NCBI RefSeq assembly: GCF_000315625.1 | Contig: NW_005434648.1 | Location: 62,001 to 126,000, forward strand | Direction of reading: 5' to 3' | DNA: 64,000 nt | Source: Guillardia theta CCMP2712 | Taxonomy: Eukaryota > Protista > Cryptophyta | Translations under genes and position numbers: made by a program | Notes under the pieces: generated by a model | Database searches by the model: none | The model's input: the letters and a program-made list of their open reading frames with translations, nothing else | Told to the model about the DNA's origin: nothing | In this document: piece by piece, positions 24,058 to 37,632 of the stretch | Layout of the letters: each line of letters starts with the position of its first letter | Position numbering within the stretch: position 1 is the stretch's first letter

Positions 24058-26319
24058 ATGGCATGGGCGAGGGGGTTCAGGGAGGACGTGGGGCGGATGC
24101 TGCTGCGCGCGCATGAGGGGACGAGGCCTGGCGCGATGCTGGTTCAGATCATGCTTCTAGAGCCGTCGATGAAGCTGGCAGAGCTGGCTCGTCACGTGAT
24201 GGAAGAGGTCGAGGGGTCAGGGCCTGCCTTTGAAGTCTGCCTCCGTATCCAACTCGCGCCCACCAACGTCCAACGATGCGTGAGAGACCTGACGCTGGGA
24301 TGAAGGACACTTGATGGTCTTTTGTAGGTCTTTGACTTGATCTCATCGAGATGGGATGAGTTGTCTCTCTCGTTGCAAAGGTGATCTCGGATTGCTAAGA
24401 CCCTCTAACGCTGATTTCAATTGCACAATAGTTCTTTGGTGTCTAAACTGAAGGTCTCACTTCTTGCCTTGATCGAAGAATGATGTTGACTGGGTGTACT
24501 GTGAGGAACAGAGATATCTACGGGATCCAGTGGTCATATGCATGTTCGAAAAGGTTGCCGACGAGTTTCAAGCATCTCATGGGAGGTGCGAATACACTCG
24601 CAAACGAGAGGTGAACCCTCTGCTCTCATCCACGTGGATTGTTTTAGACATCAAGACTGATACTTGACAAGGAGAATGTCGATGCCATCGCCAAGGCCTT
24701 CTATGACTTCCACGTTAAGCTGATGCGAGCATGCGTGTTACACCCCCCGAGGCCTGCGAAACTAGGAGGAACAGCGAAGACAGCTGAGAGAAGCGGGAGA
24801 GAGACATGTAGTGGCTCAGAAACAGACATGCGAGAGAAAGCATCGCCAAACGTGACTCCCCACAAGCGCAAAAGAGAAGCAGCTTCACTCGAAGAGAGAG
24901 AAGAGAAACAGCAGTCTAACCGGGGCACCTCAACAAGTGATGCGGTTTGATCCTCTCCTCTCCTCTCTTGCACACTGATGAATGTTGCTCTCAGGAGCTT
25001 CTCAGTGATAAAGAGACGCTGTCCCTCCAACATCTCAAGGTCCGCGAGTCCTTGACTGTCCGGGGACTTGACTGCTCTGAGTAGACGGCGTTACGAGCAT
25101 TGAAACCGCACGCCAAGAGTTCGGATCTCCCGCAAGCATTGAAAGATGTAATCCTTTCAAGTCATAGGGATTGGATTGTTACTCATGTATGTGCCAGGTG
25201 GTCAAGATGGAACGTGCAGAGCAAGCCTGGAATTCTCTCAAAATGGTTGGGGATGAAAGCTTGCTCGGCCTTGGAAGACTTTACATTAACTTGTTCATGA
25301 TCAGGAGGAGTTGGGAGATGATCTTTTCTGTCTAGTCTCTGATCATATTCTCGATGACTCTTCGGGACACAGAGAGGTTTCACCTGCTCCAATGCTGACA
25401 GGCTGCTGAGCTCACCTCATGTTGAAAGGCCTCCTGCTACATGAGAAACGTCTTTGTGCCAAGAATCAAGCTTCTCGCTCAGCCCGCGTCTCGAGTTCTT
25501 CTGGGCACCGTAAGCTTTGGCTGGTGGACCTCTCATCCCCCCCCCTTACGATCTGCTGCATGCCAGATCATGAACGCTGTGACGAGGCATTCCCATGCTG
25601 CAAGGGACAGCTTTGTCCTCCCTCTGCTTGAACATCCAGACCTAGGTGTAAGTGGTGCTCGGATCACTGAGTTTGATCAGCAACCACAGGGACCGCACAG
25701 ATCGAAGTGCTCACACGCGTGATCAAAGAGGGTTTCACGGCACAGACTCAACTTGCTCTTCTCGATGCGCTGCTGGGTATCAAGCGTGTGGGCAAGATTC
25801 TGACGTCTTTCTGATTTCTTTTCAGATGTCGTCGACATGAAACGAGGATCACTCACAGATGCTGCACAGCCTCATCCGTTTCAACATGCTCACGTCGCGA
25901 TCGTGCACTCCATCCTCCTACTCAAGCCTCCGATCCCTCAAGTCTCTCTGGGAAAACTCGTTATTGTGAGAGCTCCGTTACTGGTGGGACGAGCAAAGAG
26001 TGACGAAAGCGTTCCAGATGCTGGTGGAGCTCGTTCGAAGGGAGAGAGACTGCAATGCTCCCGTCATGTTGCAATCACTCAAGTTCTCCAATTTGGTGCC
26101 CCTCGTTGAGCGTTGACGGCTCCTCTCACTTGTTTCGCTCAGGTTCTCGCTATCGTCTCTAAGTATGGCAGCGAGGTGACGGCGAGCATCGACAACCTTG
26201 ACGAGGTCAGCCCAGCGCCTGTCGAGTGTGGATGTGACGCAAAGTAGGTCGCCGACTTGCTGTGCACTACCTTGAAGAAGCCAATCAAGAGCATGATCTC
26301 CCGAATCAAGTCCAGGTAG
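24058..26319 (+). CDS. FANCE: Fanconi anemia group E (FANCE)-like protein, multi-exon
   Basis: Spliced C-terminal segments FVPRIKLLAQPASRVLL, FVLPLLEHPDLG, PQIEVLTRVIK, SLKFSNL, IVSKYG and CTTLKKPIKSMISRI resemble the FANCE C-terminal domain (recalled, not searched). Confidence 0.7.
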
Positions 26320-27339
26320 AGCGAGACGGCGAGGAGCAGTCGAAAGACAGAGGTACGGAGATCTTGGAGCACGAGCAGTGAAGCAAAAAGGAACACGAGC
26401 CGGTTGAAAGCGTACCATTGTATAATATTATCAACAGCAGGAATGTATTTCGCACGAGAGTGCACGGGAATAGGATGGAGTCCTATCTCTCTGAGGCCTT
26501 GTGTTTCTTCGGGGGTGCGGTGTGAACGGTGAGGGTGAGAGGGTCATCGGGTCAGGGAGGAAGGATGCGGTCTCAGCACAGAAGATCATGACCTGTTCCT
26601 GCTGCTATGCCGCCTTGTATCGCACCATCGTTCCCAGTGCCTGTATGAGGGGCGTTTGGGGGTCGTATCACACTACCCCTAGCTCACACTTGACCCCTCA
26701 GAAACAACTAAACACCACGGGTACCATACCATCACTATCGACCCTTACCACCCCCCACCATCAACAGACGGATCTTGAACTACCCTACCCGCGTGTTTCC
26801 CTACCCCCTCCATTTATACCAAATCGTTTGGTACCCTACCCATTAAATTATCACCCCCCTGAGGATGAACCCCACATGCCTCCAGGATCTCCTACCCACC
26901 CGTTGCAATGAATTTGACCCTACCCTTTCAATTTTTTACCCCAGCAAGGTGTAACCCCCCTCACGACATCCTCACCTGAAATCGAGAAGTGCCTCATATC
27001 ATGTACCGGTGGTTTATCCACCCCACCCCCTTTCTTTTCACCCCCACCCCACTGTTTGAACCATCCACTCCATCTGCCGTGCTGCCACCAGCTGCTACGT
27101 ACACCCCACCCACATCTTTCCCTTCTCAGTACCCTACCACTAACTGTACACCCTGGAATCCTAAGCTTAACCCCCTTTGATGAGCAGGGACCCCTTTCCA
27201 CATTCAAACACCCCTCCTTAAGTCTGATTTTTGTAGCCCAGCCTTGTCTACAATCCGTCTATTTTTGCAAACAGTAGGGGTTCTAGATCACCCCCACCCC
27301 GTTCACCAATACCCCCACCCCCCAGCTTGAAGCGGCGCC

Positions 27340-29981
27340 ATGACCCTCGTCGACCCGCACACCGGCGCCCGCGCCCGCATGTCCAAGACGGAAGGAGACG
27401 TGGAGATGGGGGGCAGCGCTAGCGCCCTCCTGCTCTCTGAGCCCAAGTACCGCAAGCCTCGTCCAGGATCCCTCCAGGTGTCCACCTCCTCTCCGCCCTC
27501 CTCTCCTCTGTTTTTTCCTCTGCCGTTCTTGTTCTGCTGTGTGGTCGAGGAGACACTGCGGTACCAGAAAGAGTTTTCTGAGTGTGCGAGACGATTTTCT
27601 GTTAAAGACGAAGACTGTGAAGTGATGTGAAAAGATGTGAAGCTATGCACGTTTTCAAGATAGGTCCTGACATGCTTCCGCAGGTCAGCGGAACAGTCCT
27701 CACCATCGTTTGTGTTCCGCTTTGCTTGGCGCTGCTTTTCCTCGGGCTACAAACCAACACCGTTGCCCTAATGGTGTTTGTAGTTACTTGTGCCAGTCTC
27801 TACTTCGCCTATCAGATGGCATTGAACATCCTGGCAATTAACATCGCGGCGGATCAAGAGAACATGTTTCTTGTCTCCGAACCCATCAGAGAAGGCGCGG
27901 AAGGTTTTTTCAGGACTCAGTATGGAACCATATCGCGATTCTCTGTGGCCTTGTTCATCTGCATTATCATCATCTATTCGTTCAGGCAGTTGACACCTGA
28001 GCAAGAGCAGGCTGGTATCAGCAAGGGGCTGCTAGCTACAATTACAGGCATCTCATTTTTGCTCGGAGCGTTCTGTTCTGGAATCGCTGGGTACTCGGGC
28101 ATGTGGGTGTCTGTGCGTGCAAATATTCGAGTGGCAGGTGAAGCTCGAAAATCAATGCGAGCTGCCTTGTATGTCGCTTTGCGAGCTGGAGGATTCGCCG
28201 CGCTGGTGGTCGTTGGGCTGACGGTCATGGGCGTGACCTTCCTGTTCTGCGTATGCCATGCCCTGCTCGGTGCTGGGAGCGGAGGATCGATGAAGTCAAC
28301 AGACATTCCTATGTTGCTGGTCGGATATGGGTTCGGAGCCTCCTTCGTTGCCTTGTTCGCTCAGCTTGGCGGTGGAATCTACACCAAGGCTGCAGATGTT
28401 GGTGCTGACCTTGTCGGGAAAATAGAATCCGATATTCCAGAAGATGACCCAAGGAACCCAGCAGTGATCGCAGACCTAGTGGGAGACAACGTGGGTGACT
28501 GTGCTGCTCGTGGCGCTGATCTCTTCGAGAGTATTGCAGCTGAGATCATCAGCGCGATGATCTTGGGTGCAAGCATGGCCAAGAAAGCTAACCTAACGTC
28601 GTCAGAAACCATTGGCTTCATGATGTTCCCATTGGTTGTTCACTGTATGGACCTTGTAGTCAGCGGAATTGGAATTATTTCAGTGAGCAGGGATGCCCCA
28701 ATCAGCAACATCTTGGAGGATCCGCTTGAAGTCATGAAGAAAGGGTACAAGGTATCCCTGGTACTTGCCGTCATTGGATTTGGAATTGCTTGCAACACGA
28801 TGCTTTCAATCTCATCTGCACCGAGTGCATGGATTTATTTCTATGGCTGTGGTCTGATTGGAGTCGGGTCTGCCTATTTGTTTGTATGGATTTCACAATA
28901 CTACACCGATTACAAATACCGCCCTGTGCGGCAGCTCGCAGAATCGAGTACGACGGGTCATGGTACGAATGTCATTGCAGGAGTCGCTCTTGGAATGGAG
29001 TCGACGGCGATGCCAGTAATAGTCATCAGTGTCGCCATCGTTTCCGCTTACTGGTGTGGAAGAATGTCGGGACTCGTGGATGCCAATGGGATTCCCTGTG
29101 GAGGTCTGTTTGGAACAGCCGTTGCAACCATGGGTATGCTCTCTACAGCAGCTTATGTGCTCGCCATGGATATCTTTGGTCCCATTGCAGACAATGCAGG
29201 AGGGATTGTTGAGATGAGTTCGCAGCCAGCGAATGTCAGGGAGGTTACTGACTCCCTTGATGCGGTTGGAAACACCACAAAGGCTACGACCAAAGGTTTC
29301 GCCATCGGGTCTGCCGCGCTGGCATCATTCTTGTTGTTTAGTGCCTACATGGATGAGGTTTCGGCGTTTACAGCCAAACCATTCAATCACGTCGACATTG
29401 CTGTCCCCGAAGTTTTTGTTGGAGGTTTGCTTGGCTCGATGTTGGTCTACCTCTTCAGCGCGTGGGCATGCAAAGCTGTTGGCAAATCAGCCCAGGAGGT
29501 TGTCAAGGAAGTGAGAAGGCAGTTTGAGGAGAGGCCTGGAATCATGACGTATCAGGACAAGCCTGACTATGACCGCTGCGTCTCCATTGTTGCCAAATCT
29601 GCATTGCGTGAGATGACGGCTCCCGGCCTTTTAGCTGTTTCAATGCCCATCATCGTAGGAGTCACATTCAGATATGTGGGTTTGCTAACGAAGCAAACGA
29701 TGCTGGGGCCTCAGGTTGTCGCGGGTTTCCTCATGTTCGCGACGGTTGCGGGGATCCTGATGGCTCTTTTCCTCAATACAGCTGGAGGCGCGTGGGACAA
29801 CGCAAAGAAGTACGTGGAGACAGGAGCGTATGGTGGGAAAGGTTCCGAGACGCACAAAGCAGCTGTAACAGGAGACACTGTGGGCGACCCATTCAAGGAC
29901 ACGGCCGGGCCATCAATTCACGTGCTGATCAAGATGCTGGCGACCATTACGCTAGTGATGGCTCCCCTCTTTCTTGACTAA
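27340..29981 (+). CDS. Membrane H+-translocating pyrophosphatase, K+-independent type II (AVP2/VHP2-like); 2 exons
   Basis: GGIYTKAADVGADLVGK, EDDPRNPAVIADLVGDNVGD, GPIADNAGGI, LDAVGNTTKA (Lys at the K+-independence position), GGAWDNAKK, GDTVGDPFKDTAGP. Exon 1 27340-27477, intron 27478-27683, exon 2 in frame. Confidence 0.96.
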
Positions 29982-30098
29982 CTTTGGCCTCCCCCCCTGT
30001 GAGGTTCCCGTCTGTGAATATGCGCGAGACTTCCTCTGCTTGCGATGTTTGTATATTGTCACGAATAAAAGCGGATTGTCGATGACCAGACTTTTGCT

Positions 30099-31627
30099 CT
30101 AGTTCCATTGCGGCCCACACACACATGCGGCGCTCGTTGGGTGGCGTCGGTTCAACCAGCAGCACGGGCAGACGCCACTGCATGCACAGAGTTGGAACCT
30201 CGAGGGTCGCAGGAGAATCAAGTTTTACCTCCTCATGCCTCGCATGCTCCGCGTCCACAGGATCAGGCCGTACCGCTTGCCGCCGGTCACAGGAAGCACC
30301 TCGTGCAGCTTGACCGCGTCATGCCAGCAGGCGACACACGAGTCAACGCACCTGCCGTCCGACGTGCAGCACAGCCCAACCCGGTGCGGGAGCCTTGAAG
30401 GACCCGAGGGTTTTCAGCTCCTCGCCTGAGCCACGGCGGCCATGGAAGACGAGCTCTCCTCCTTGGTAGTCGCTGCCTGCCACATCAGCACAGCGGAGGC
30501 TGAGAAGAGACCGCAGACCTCTGAAGACAGACGTTGAGGGTGATCTCCGAGTCGTCGGTATGCGACACAAGGTGGTTCCTCCTCGGACGGAATTCAGTCC
30601 CTGCTTGTCCTGGCTGTCTCTGCTTGTCTGGCATGGCAAGTAGACGTCAGGTATCCATCGCATGCAGGTAGTAGGACGTACCGCCCTCTCCGCCGTCCTG
30701 CTGGTCGATCACGTCCTTGGGAGCGTATCCCACGATGTAGCCGTGCCTCCAGTCAAGAGTCTCGCCTTCCAGCTCGTCCTCGAATAGAGCTTCTGCCTGC
30801 CACTCCCGTGAGCCCATGAGGCGACAGCGCAAGCAGCACCAGCGGAGAGACAACTTGCCTCAGGAGCATATCGTTGATCCACCTGTGCGTCCCAATGTTT
30901 AAGAAATGCGCTCCCTTCACTCTCTTCTCCGTTGCCCTACTCCCTTTCCTCCTCCTCTCTCCAATCTCACCCTCTTCTCCTCTCTCCTCTCCTCTCTCAC
31001 CCTCTTCTCCTCTCTTCTCTCTCACCCAAGCTTCATCATGTCTAGTACGGCTGGTCTCTCGCTGTCGAACTTGCCCTCCAGTTTCTCCTGGCGCGTGAAG
31101 GCAGCAAAGTCGTTGGCGCACGAGACGATCTGTTGGCAGAGCGAAGGCTGGAGGAGAGGAAACGAGTAGACTCCGTCCGCCTCCTCGCTCAAGATTTTAT
31201 TCAGCTTCCCAAGTCGCAGTTTCCCATCCCCGTCGATCAGCTCCAAGAATCGCTTGTCCCAAATGTCCTGTGGGGCTGGGGCCGTTGCAAGCCTGCAAAG
31301 GAAAGAGGAAGAGGAGAGCAACTTTTGCCGCAGCTTCTCCTTCTCCTCCACCACCTTGTCGAGCTGAGCTCGCAGCTTCATCTCCAACTCCTCGATGTCG
31401 CTCATCTGCCATCGCTGCAGGTAGTTGGGATAATGGTCGAGCCCGAACGTCGCGTGCATCACCATGGCCGCGTCGCTCGCCCTGGCCCCCACGCAGACCT
31501 TCTCGTTGATGGCCCCGCATCCCCCTTCGCTTCCTCTCAGCACCTCCTGTGCCTTCAAGCCTCCTCCTCCTCCTCCCCCTTCCCCCCCCCCCAACATCGC
31601 TGCCACCATCCACCAGAACCAGCCCAT
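30099..31627 (-). CDS. 2OG-Fe(II) oxygenase, OGFOD2/prolyl-lysyl-hydroxylase-like, with a Cys-rich tail
   Basis: GVYSFPLL, LDWRHGYIVGY, HTDDSEITLNVCL (HxD), YQGGELVFHG, LHEVLPVTGGKRYGLILW (distal His and Arg), C-terminal TCPCCW..CVC. Confidence 0.85.
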
Positions 31628-31730
31628 GTCACAGGGGCGCAACAAACTTGAAGGTCTTTTTAACCTTTACAAGATCTCGACGTGGTAGAGTTACGCTCAG
31701 ATCAATACAAGGCGACGAGACTGAAAACTG

Positions 31731-31995
31731 AAGGAAGAGAGAAGTGAAGGGAAGGAGAGGAAGAGAGAAGTGAAGGGAAGGAGAGGAAGAGAGAAGTGAA
31801 GGGAAGGAGAGGAAGAGAGAAGTGAAGGGAAGGAGAGGAAGAGAGAAGTGAAGGGAAGGAGAGGAAGAGAGAAGTGAAGGGAAGGAGAGGAAGAGAGAAG
31901 TGAAGGGAAGGAGAGGAAGAGAGAAGTGAAGGGAAGGAGAGGAAGAGAGAAGTGAAGGGAAGGAGAGGAACAGAGAAGTGAAGGGAAGGTGAAGG
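31731..31995. repeat. 26-bp tandem repeat, about 10 copies (GAAGTGAAGGGAAGGAGAGGAAGAGA)
   Basis: Near-perfect tandem copies, intergenic. Confidence 0.95.
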
Positions 31996-32099
31996 AAGAA
32001 ATTGAGTTTAGAGGCCATGAGAAGGACCAACGGAGGACGGAGGCAGGGCAGCAGCAGGGAGTTTTTGTTGGAGTCTTCAATGCGATTAACAAGCTGCCC

Positions 32100-35000
32100 T
32101 TAGAGGGTACCGCAGAAGCAGACGCACTTCTTGTCTTTGCCGTCTTGGTCTCCGAGGATGTTTTTGATCTTCTTGGTCAGCAGCGGGAGGCTGCCCACGC
32201 GCACCGGGTTGTTGTTCTTGCAGAAGCACCTGCAGCACGAGCTCAGCTCACCGCCAGTAGAGGTCAGAGATAGGAACAATCAGGGAGCTGGGAAGTGGAG
32301 CTGAGAGCAGGGAATGAGCTGGACTTACTTGTTGCTGCTGTTGCATGTGCACTGCTTGACGCAGCCGCACGTGTAGCTGGTGGCATCACCACCTTTCGGG
32401 TTGATCACTTTGATGTCCTGCAGCGGCTCCCACTTGGTTGACACGACGTCTGACGCTGTGCCTATTGGCGCCATCGCCCAGTCCGAACCTGAAGGAGCGT
32501 GAGGAGAGGAGAGGAGAGGAGAGGAGAGGGGAGGGGAGGGGAGGGGAGGGGAGGGGAGGGGAGGGGAAGAGAGGAGAGGAGAGGAGAGGGGAGGAGAGGG
32601 GAGGAGAGGAGAGGGAGAGGACAGGAGGATTGGGTTGAGGAATGATAGGAGGCGAGACGCAAGACTGAGAAAGAGACCTCCGTCGTTGCAGTACTTGTTG
32701 GTTGGGTTCTGACTGCACCACATTTGAGCGCTATCATACGCGAAGCAGCTGCAAGAGGCTCAGAAGTGACTTTGATTGACCTCCCCCTCACAAGTTGTTT
32801 GAGTCTCGGAAGCGGCAGCCATTTGCCGGGCCCTCGAGGGACTGCTCGCAGTCGGCAGACCTGCAGCCAGTCGTCAGTCTTCCCCCATACCTCCTCTGTC
32901 ATCGTCACACATGCAGTTAGCCATCATGGACATTTGCTCCGCTGCGACACTGATTTGCCTGGACTGACGTCACGATATCGACAAGGTGACAGAAGAAATT
33001 TCTCACTTTTCGTCACGATACTTCGCGCACTTATCATTCAGTATCGATTTCCTGGTCCTCATCTCAGCCACCTCCAACGCCTTCGCTCCCGCATGCTCAC
33101 ATCGGATTGTTATCCTTGAAGAGTGAAACAAGCGCAGGCGGGAATGCATCGTTATTTGGTGGTGGTGGTGGTGGTGGTGGTGGTGGTGGAGCACCCGAAG
33201 AGCTAGCGCTCTCCGGCATCTTCATCCCGTAGCACACAAGCTTGCTCCATGGCTTTCCCTTGTTCCGGTTCCTGCGGCTTCACGTCAAAACTATCAATGG
33301 CATATCCCGTGTACGCACCCAGTGCACTTGCTGCCGTGAGTAAGGGAGCCCCAGTTCTGCCACGTCAAGTCAACGCGAATCGCCGCAGGACGAGCTTCAC
33401 CGTTCCGGCAGGGAAGATTCGGCTGTTAAGGCAGCAATCCTTCTGGCCCTGCCCATATCGTCACCCCCACATCCCGTCACCCCACCTCCCTCACATTGTC
33501 GTTGGCGTTGCAGTTGCCATAGAAGTGCTCGGCCTGGTTGGGTCCGGACGTGAGCTCTGGCGTGCCCAGTGAGAAACATTCTACTGCACATAGTCAAACG
33601 TGGAGCTACCTGCAAAGGACTTGCTGTCTGGGACAAGAGGGTATACAGCAGAGGAGCACATGCACACTTTGGAGGCCGAGGGAGCTGGATCCTTGTCTGC
33701 GGGCCCCTTGAGTCTTCACACAGCACAGCAAATGTCTTCGTACTGAAGTTGGAAGCTTTGCACTGAATGCTTCCTGAAACGAGCTTTGGTGCTGACCACT
33801 TCCCGTCGACTCCAATTCTGACATTCCCTTCGCATTTGCAACTTGCTCCCTGTCATTCGAAGTCTTCAGGGACATGATGCAACAGCGGATTCCGCTACCT
33901 GGTCTGCGCACTTCGTCTCTTTGTTCACCCACTCATTGCCGAACATTGCAAACAAGCAAGCATTTTTGACCTGAAATGATGATTAAACTGTATCAGCTCT
34001 AATTGTTCTTTGGAATTTGACCTGGTAAGATCCAGCAGCGATTTTGCTTTCATCGAAGGTAATATCATCGAGATAGAGGCCTGCTTGTTCATCAGACAGA
34101 GGTAGAATCTTTGAGCTATCATACCGTCGGGGTTGCTGATCTCAAAGCCGTTTGCACACTGACAACCCTGCACGTATCGGATCAGAACGACCAATTGCAA
34201 AGTCAGAGCCATGGAACATGCCTTGCTCTTCCCTGGGGCAGGATCCTTGCCGAATGTTGTGATGGAGCAGAGCAACTAGAAGCTGTCAACAGAGCACTGT
34301 GAGCTTCCTGGTAGTACCTGAGACGTCGAGCCAACATCTTCGGTCCAGCTATCACCGCTCCCATACCTTGAGCAAACTAAGGGGTGATGAAGCACGGGAA
34401 GCGAAGACTCACCGGACGCGGCCGTTACATGTGCACTGCTGGCCTTCACTAGCGCAATCCTCTACAGAATCGTCATGATTGAATGGAATCAAAGCTGACC
34501 ATACTCCAATCGGCCCCTGCACAGAGCCCGCACATGTTCTCCCGCACACCGAAGGCCTTACAGGCCGCACTCCTGACGTAGCAATTGCCGAAGTCTGTCT
34601 CCCTGTTCAACAACCTTTCAGCCCCTGAGAAATGTCAGATTTGGCTACAGACTTGGCGACAGGAATGCTGACACGGGAAGGACCAGCACCTGCAGGAAGA
34701 TCAGTCTGCTATCTGGAGGTCTACAATCTTCAGTCCTTACCATCCAGTCCAGGAACACCGACCGCACCCTGTGCTCCTGGCGCCCCAGTGCTGATCAAAA
34801 CATTAAGCCAATGGATATGCGATTCATAAAGTGATCTCACGGTCCGTTCTGGCCTGGTTGTCCCTGGGGTCCCGCTGCACCCACGGCACCGTCCTTGCCT
34901 GCTGGTCCTGGTTCTCCTGTCGGCCCACGAGGCCCGGGGGGGCCTTCCGGACTGTTCTCTCCTTGCGGGCCAGGCAGCTACGATCCGTGGTCAGACGCAG

Positions 35001-36390
35001 AGCAGAAGCCAAAGTGGCATACTCCATCAGCTCCGTTCGTTCCTGGTGCACCAGCAGAGCCGGGGATGCCTCGGGCTCCTGGGGGACCCTGAAGGCCTGG
35101 ACTTCCTTGCGCTCCATCTGCTCCTTTATCTCCTTCTTTGCCTGCTTCCCCGATGCTCCCTGTCATCCCCTTGGCTCCCGTTCTTCCCTGGCAGCCGGGT
35201 GAGTGGCGCAAGCGAGGAGAGAAACGCTCGTTCTCAGCTTACTTGAATTCCTGGTACACCAGTAGGGCCAACGGGTCCCTTGTGTCCGACTGGTCCCCTT
35301 GAGCCCTGAGGTCCTTGTTCACCTTGTGGCCCGATGTCTCCGGGTGGCCCTGGCGACGAATTCAATATGGAGATGTATCAAGAAGTATTTCGTCATTTGC
35401 GGTCATACAAACTTCACCGACATACAGTCCCAACTGCATCAGAGTAGCATCTGGTACCTGTGAATCCTCGTGGACCTCGGGGGCTTATCTTCACCCTCAT
35501 CTCACGGGGAGCACCGTGTTCGAAGTTACCCCGGATCAACTGGAACATGTCTCAATCGCTGAGAAAGCAGTGACATGACCTACTCTGAACTCTTGTTTCA
35601 TCTTAGCAAGCTTAGCTCGAAGAGCTGAAACCATGGCCGAAATCGAGATATCACCAACGGGTGCCTGGGGAGCTGAAATATCGCTGGAGATAGATTCATC
35701 TGCTTTGGCCATATAATTTGCAGCCCAATGCTTGGTGCATTCAGTCGAATCTGCCGAGGCAAGGCAAGGATTCTTGTGGGCAGATCCTAGAGCCTGCGGA
35801 GGGGTATCAGGAGACCTCTCTTCTCGTCTCTGTCCACAGTCTTCCACCTCATCCATGCGCTTCTTCGCCAATTCTAAAGGGGCCGAGAAAATGTCTGACA
35901 ACTGCGACCTGCGACCTGCGACCTGCAGCTGGGGTGAGGTGAAGAGTGACACAAAAGGGAAGCAAACATACCTGCAGCATTTCTTGTCTGTGCTGCCCAT
36001 GAAGACCTACCAGCAACACACACACAAGAACCACAAGCGAGCCGGGAATCAACCAGATTATCCGAGATCGCCTCCTGTAAGAACCCACTTATCGACGAAT
36101 GCAGCACTAAACAAGAAGGAAATGGAGGAGAGAGTGAGGAGCAAGGGGACAGAGTTGGGCGAGAGGTCATTAACAAAGGATGAACTACATAACGAGGTCA
36201 AAGGAGAGGGATAGACGAAGACTGGGGTGATTTTTAGAGGGGCTTGGGGGAAGGGGAAGGTTGTAGAGCAGATACAGCACAGAGAGGATCTTGCAGGAGA
36301 GTAGAACGAGCACAGGAGGAGCAGAGGCTTCAGAGTTTCTGCCATGCCGCACCTGTCGAAGGGTAGCAGCGGCTCCTTCTCAGACGCCAT
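32100..36390 (-). CDS. Type II membrane or secreted protein with a Gly-X-Y collagen-like region and Cys-rich C-terminal domains, multi-exon
   Basis: [13 protein letters not shown]|[23 protein letters not shown] (signal anchor), a short coiled coil, then GXY exons at ~34740-35490 ([75 protein letters not shown]). Cys-rich tail: [20 protein letters not shown]. Confidence 0.8.
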
Positions 36391-36705
36391 CGCGCCCCTT
36401 CGCTTGACGACCCTCCACCACCCTACCACCCAACTGTACCCCCGAAATCTACGGTGATTATCCCCACCCCTCCTCGCGAGGACATCATAGGGGGTACAAT
36501 AGTGGTATATACACCGGTAGCGGGGGATATTTCAGTACCTACCCCTACCTGATTAAGACCTCCACCCACCCACATGTATGTATAATACACAAAAACGTTT
36601 TTCTAGTACCAGATAGCTCGATACCCGGTACAAACTTCTTTAATATGTATTTATATTTGACTTTTTTCTTCTTCTCGATTTAGCAATGAAATGGGGCAGT
36701 GGTAG

Positions 36706-37113
<408 letters not shown>

Positions 37114-37632
37114 TAGAGGGGGGAAAGGTAGAGTGCGTGTTTGAATTTGAAGTGAGTAGGGAAAGGAGAATGGAGTACGACAGGAAATGACTGTACTTCG
37201 GTTGAGTACGACAAGAAGTGACTGTACTACCGGGATGGGAGGGATGGAGGGAGCAAGTCAGCATAGAGATGTGTTGCAGGACTACCACAGACTGAATGGA
37301 TGTCATTGAACCAGGTACCTTGGGGCCAGTGAGATCCGAAAAGCAGCCCATGCCGTTTGCGATCCTTCAGCGCGCTATGGCGCAAACAACACTGTTTGAA
37401 ACGCACGACCACAAGTACAACCCCAAAGACCACAACGAAGAGGAGTTTTGCGCATGTCCGCAAATCTATGATGTGCAGAGCAATTTTCGAAGCGAGCAGT
37501 TTTCATGCTTCTGCCCATTCAACTATCAGCATGCCATTTACCTTTCAAACCCCACTTCTCTCTGATGTAGCTCTTTCTGTTTAGAAATGAAACAGCGTGA
37601 TTAAGTTTACAAAGAATTCTTATTTAGCATTA

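Noticed and set aside
27627-27683. N-terminus of the 784-aa PPase ORF (MKRCEAM...)
   Set aside because: Lies in the intron; the in-frame upstream exon 27340-27477 gives a better start.
31731-31995. Purine-rich 26-bp array (and the 22-bp array at 43341-43520) as interstitial telomere repeats
   Set aside because: The units differ from each other and match neither TTAGGG/TTTAGGG nor the (AG)nAAG6A-type nucleomorph telomere I recall; they fit the general GA-rich satellites of this genome.
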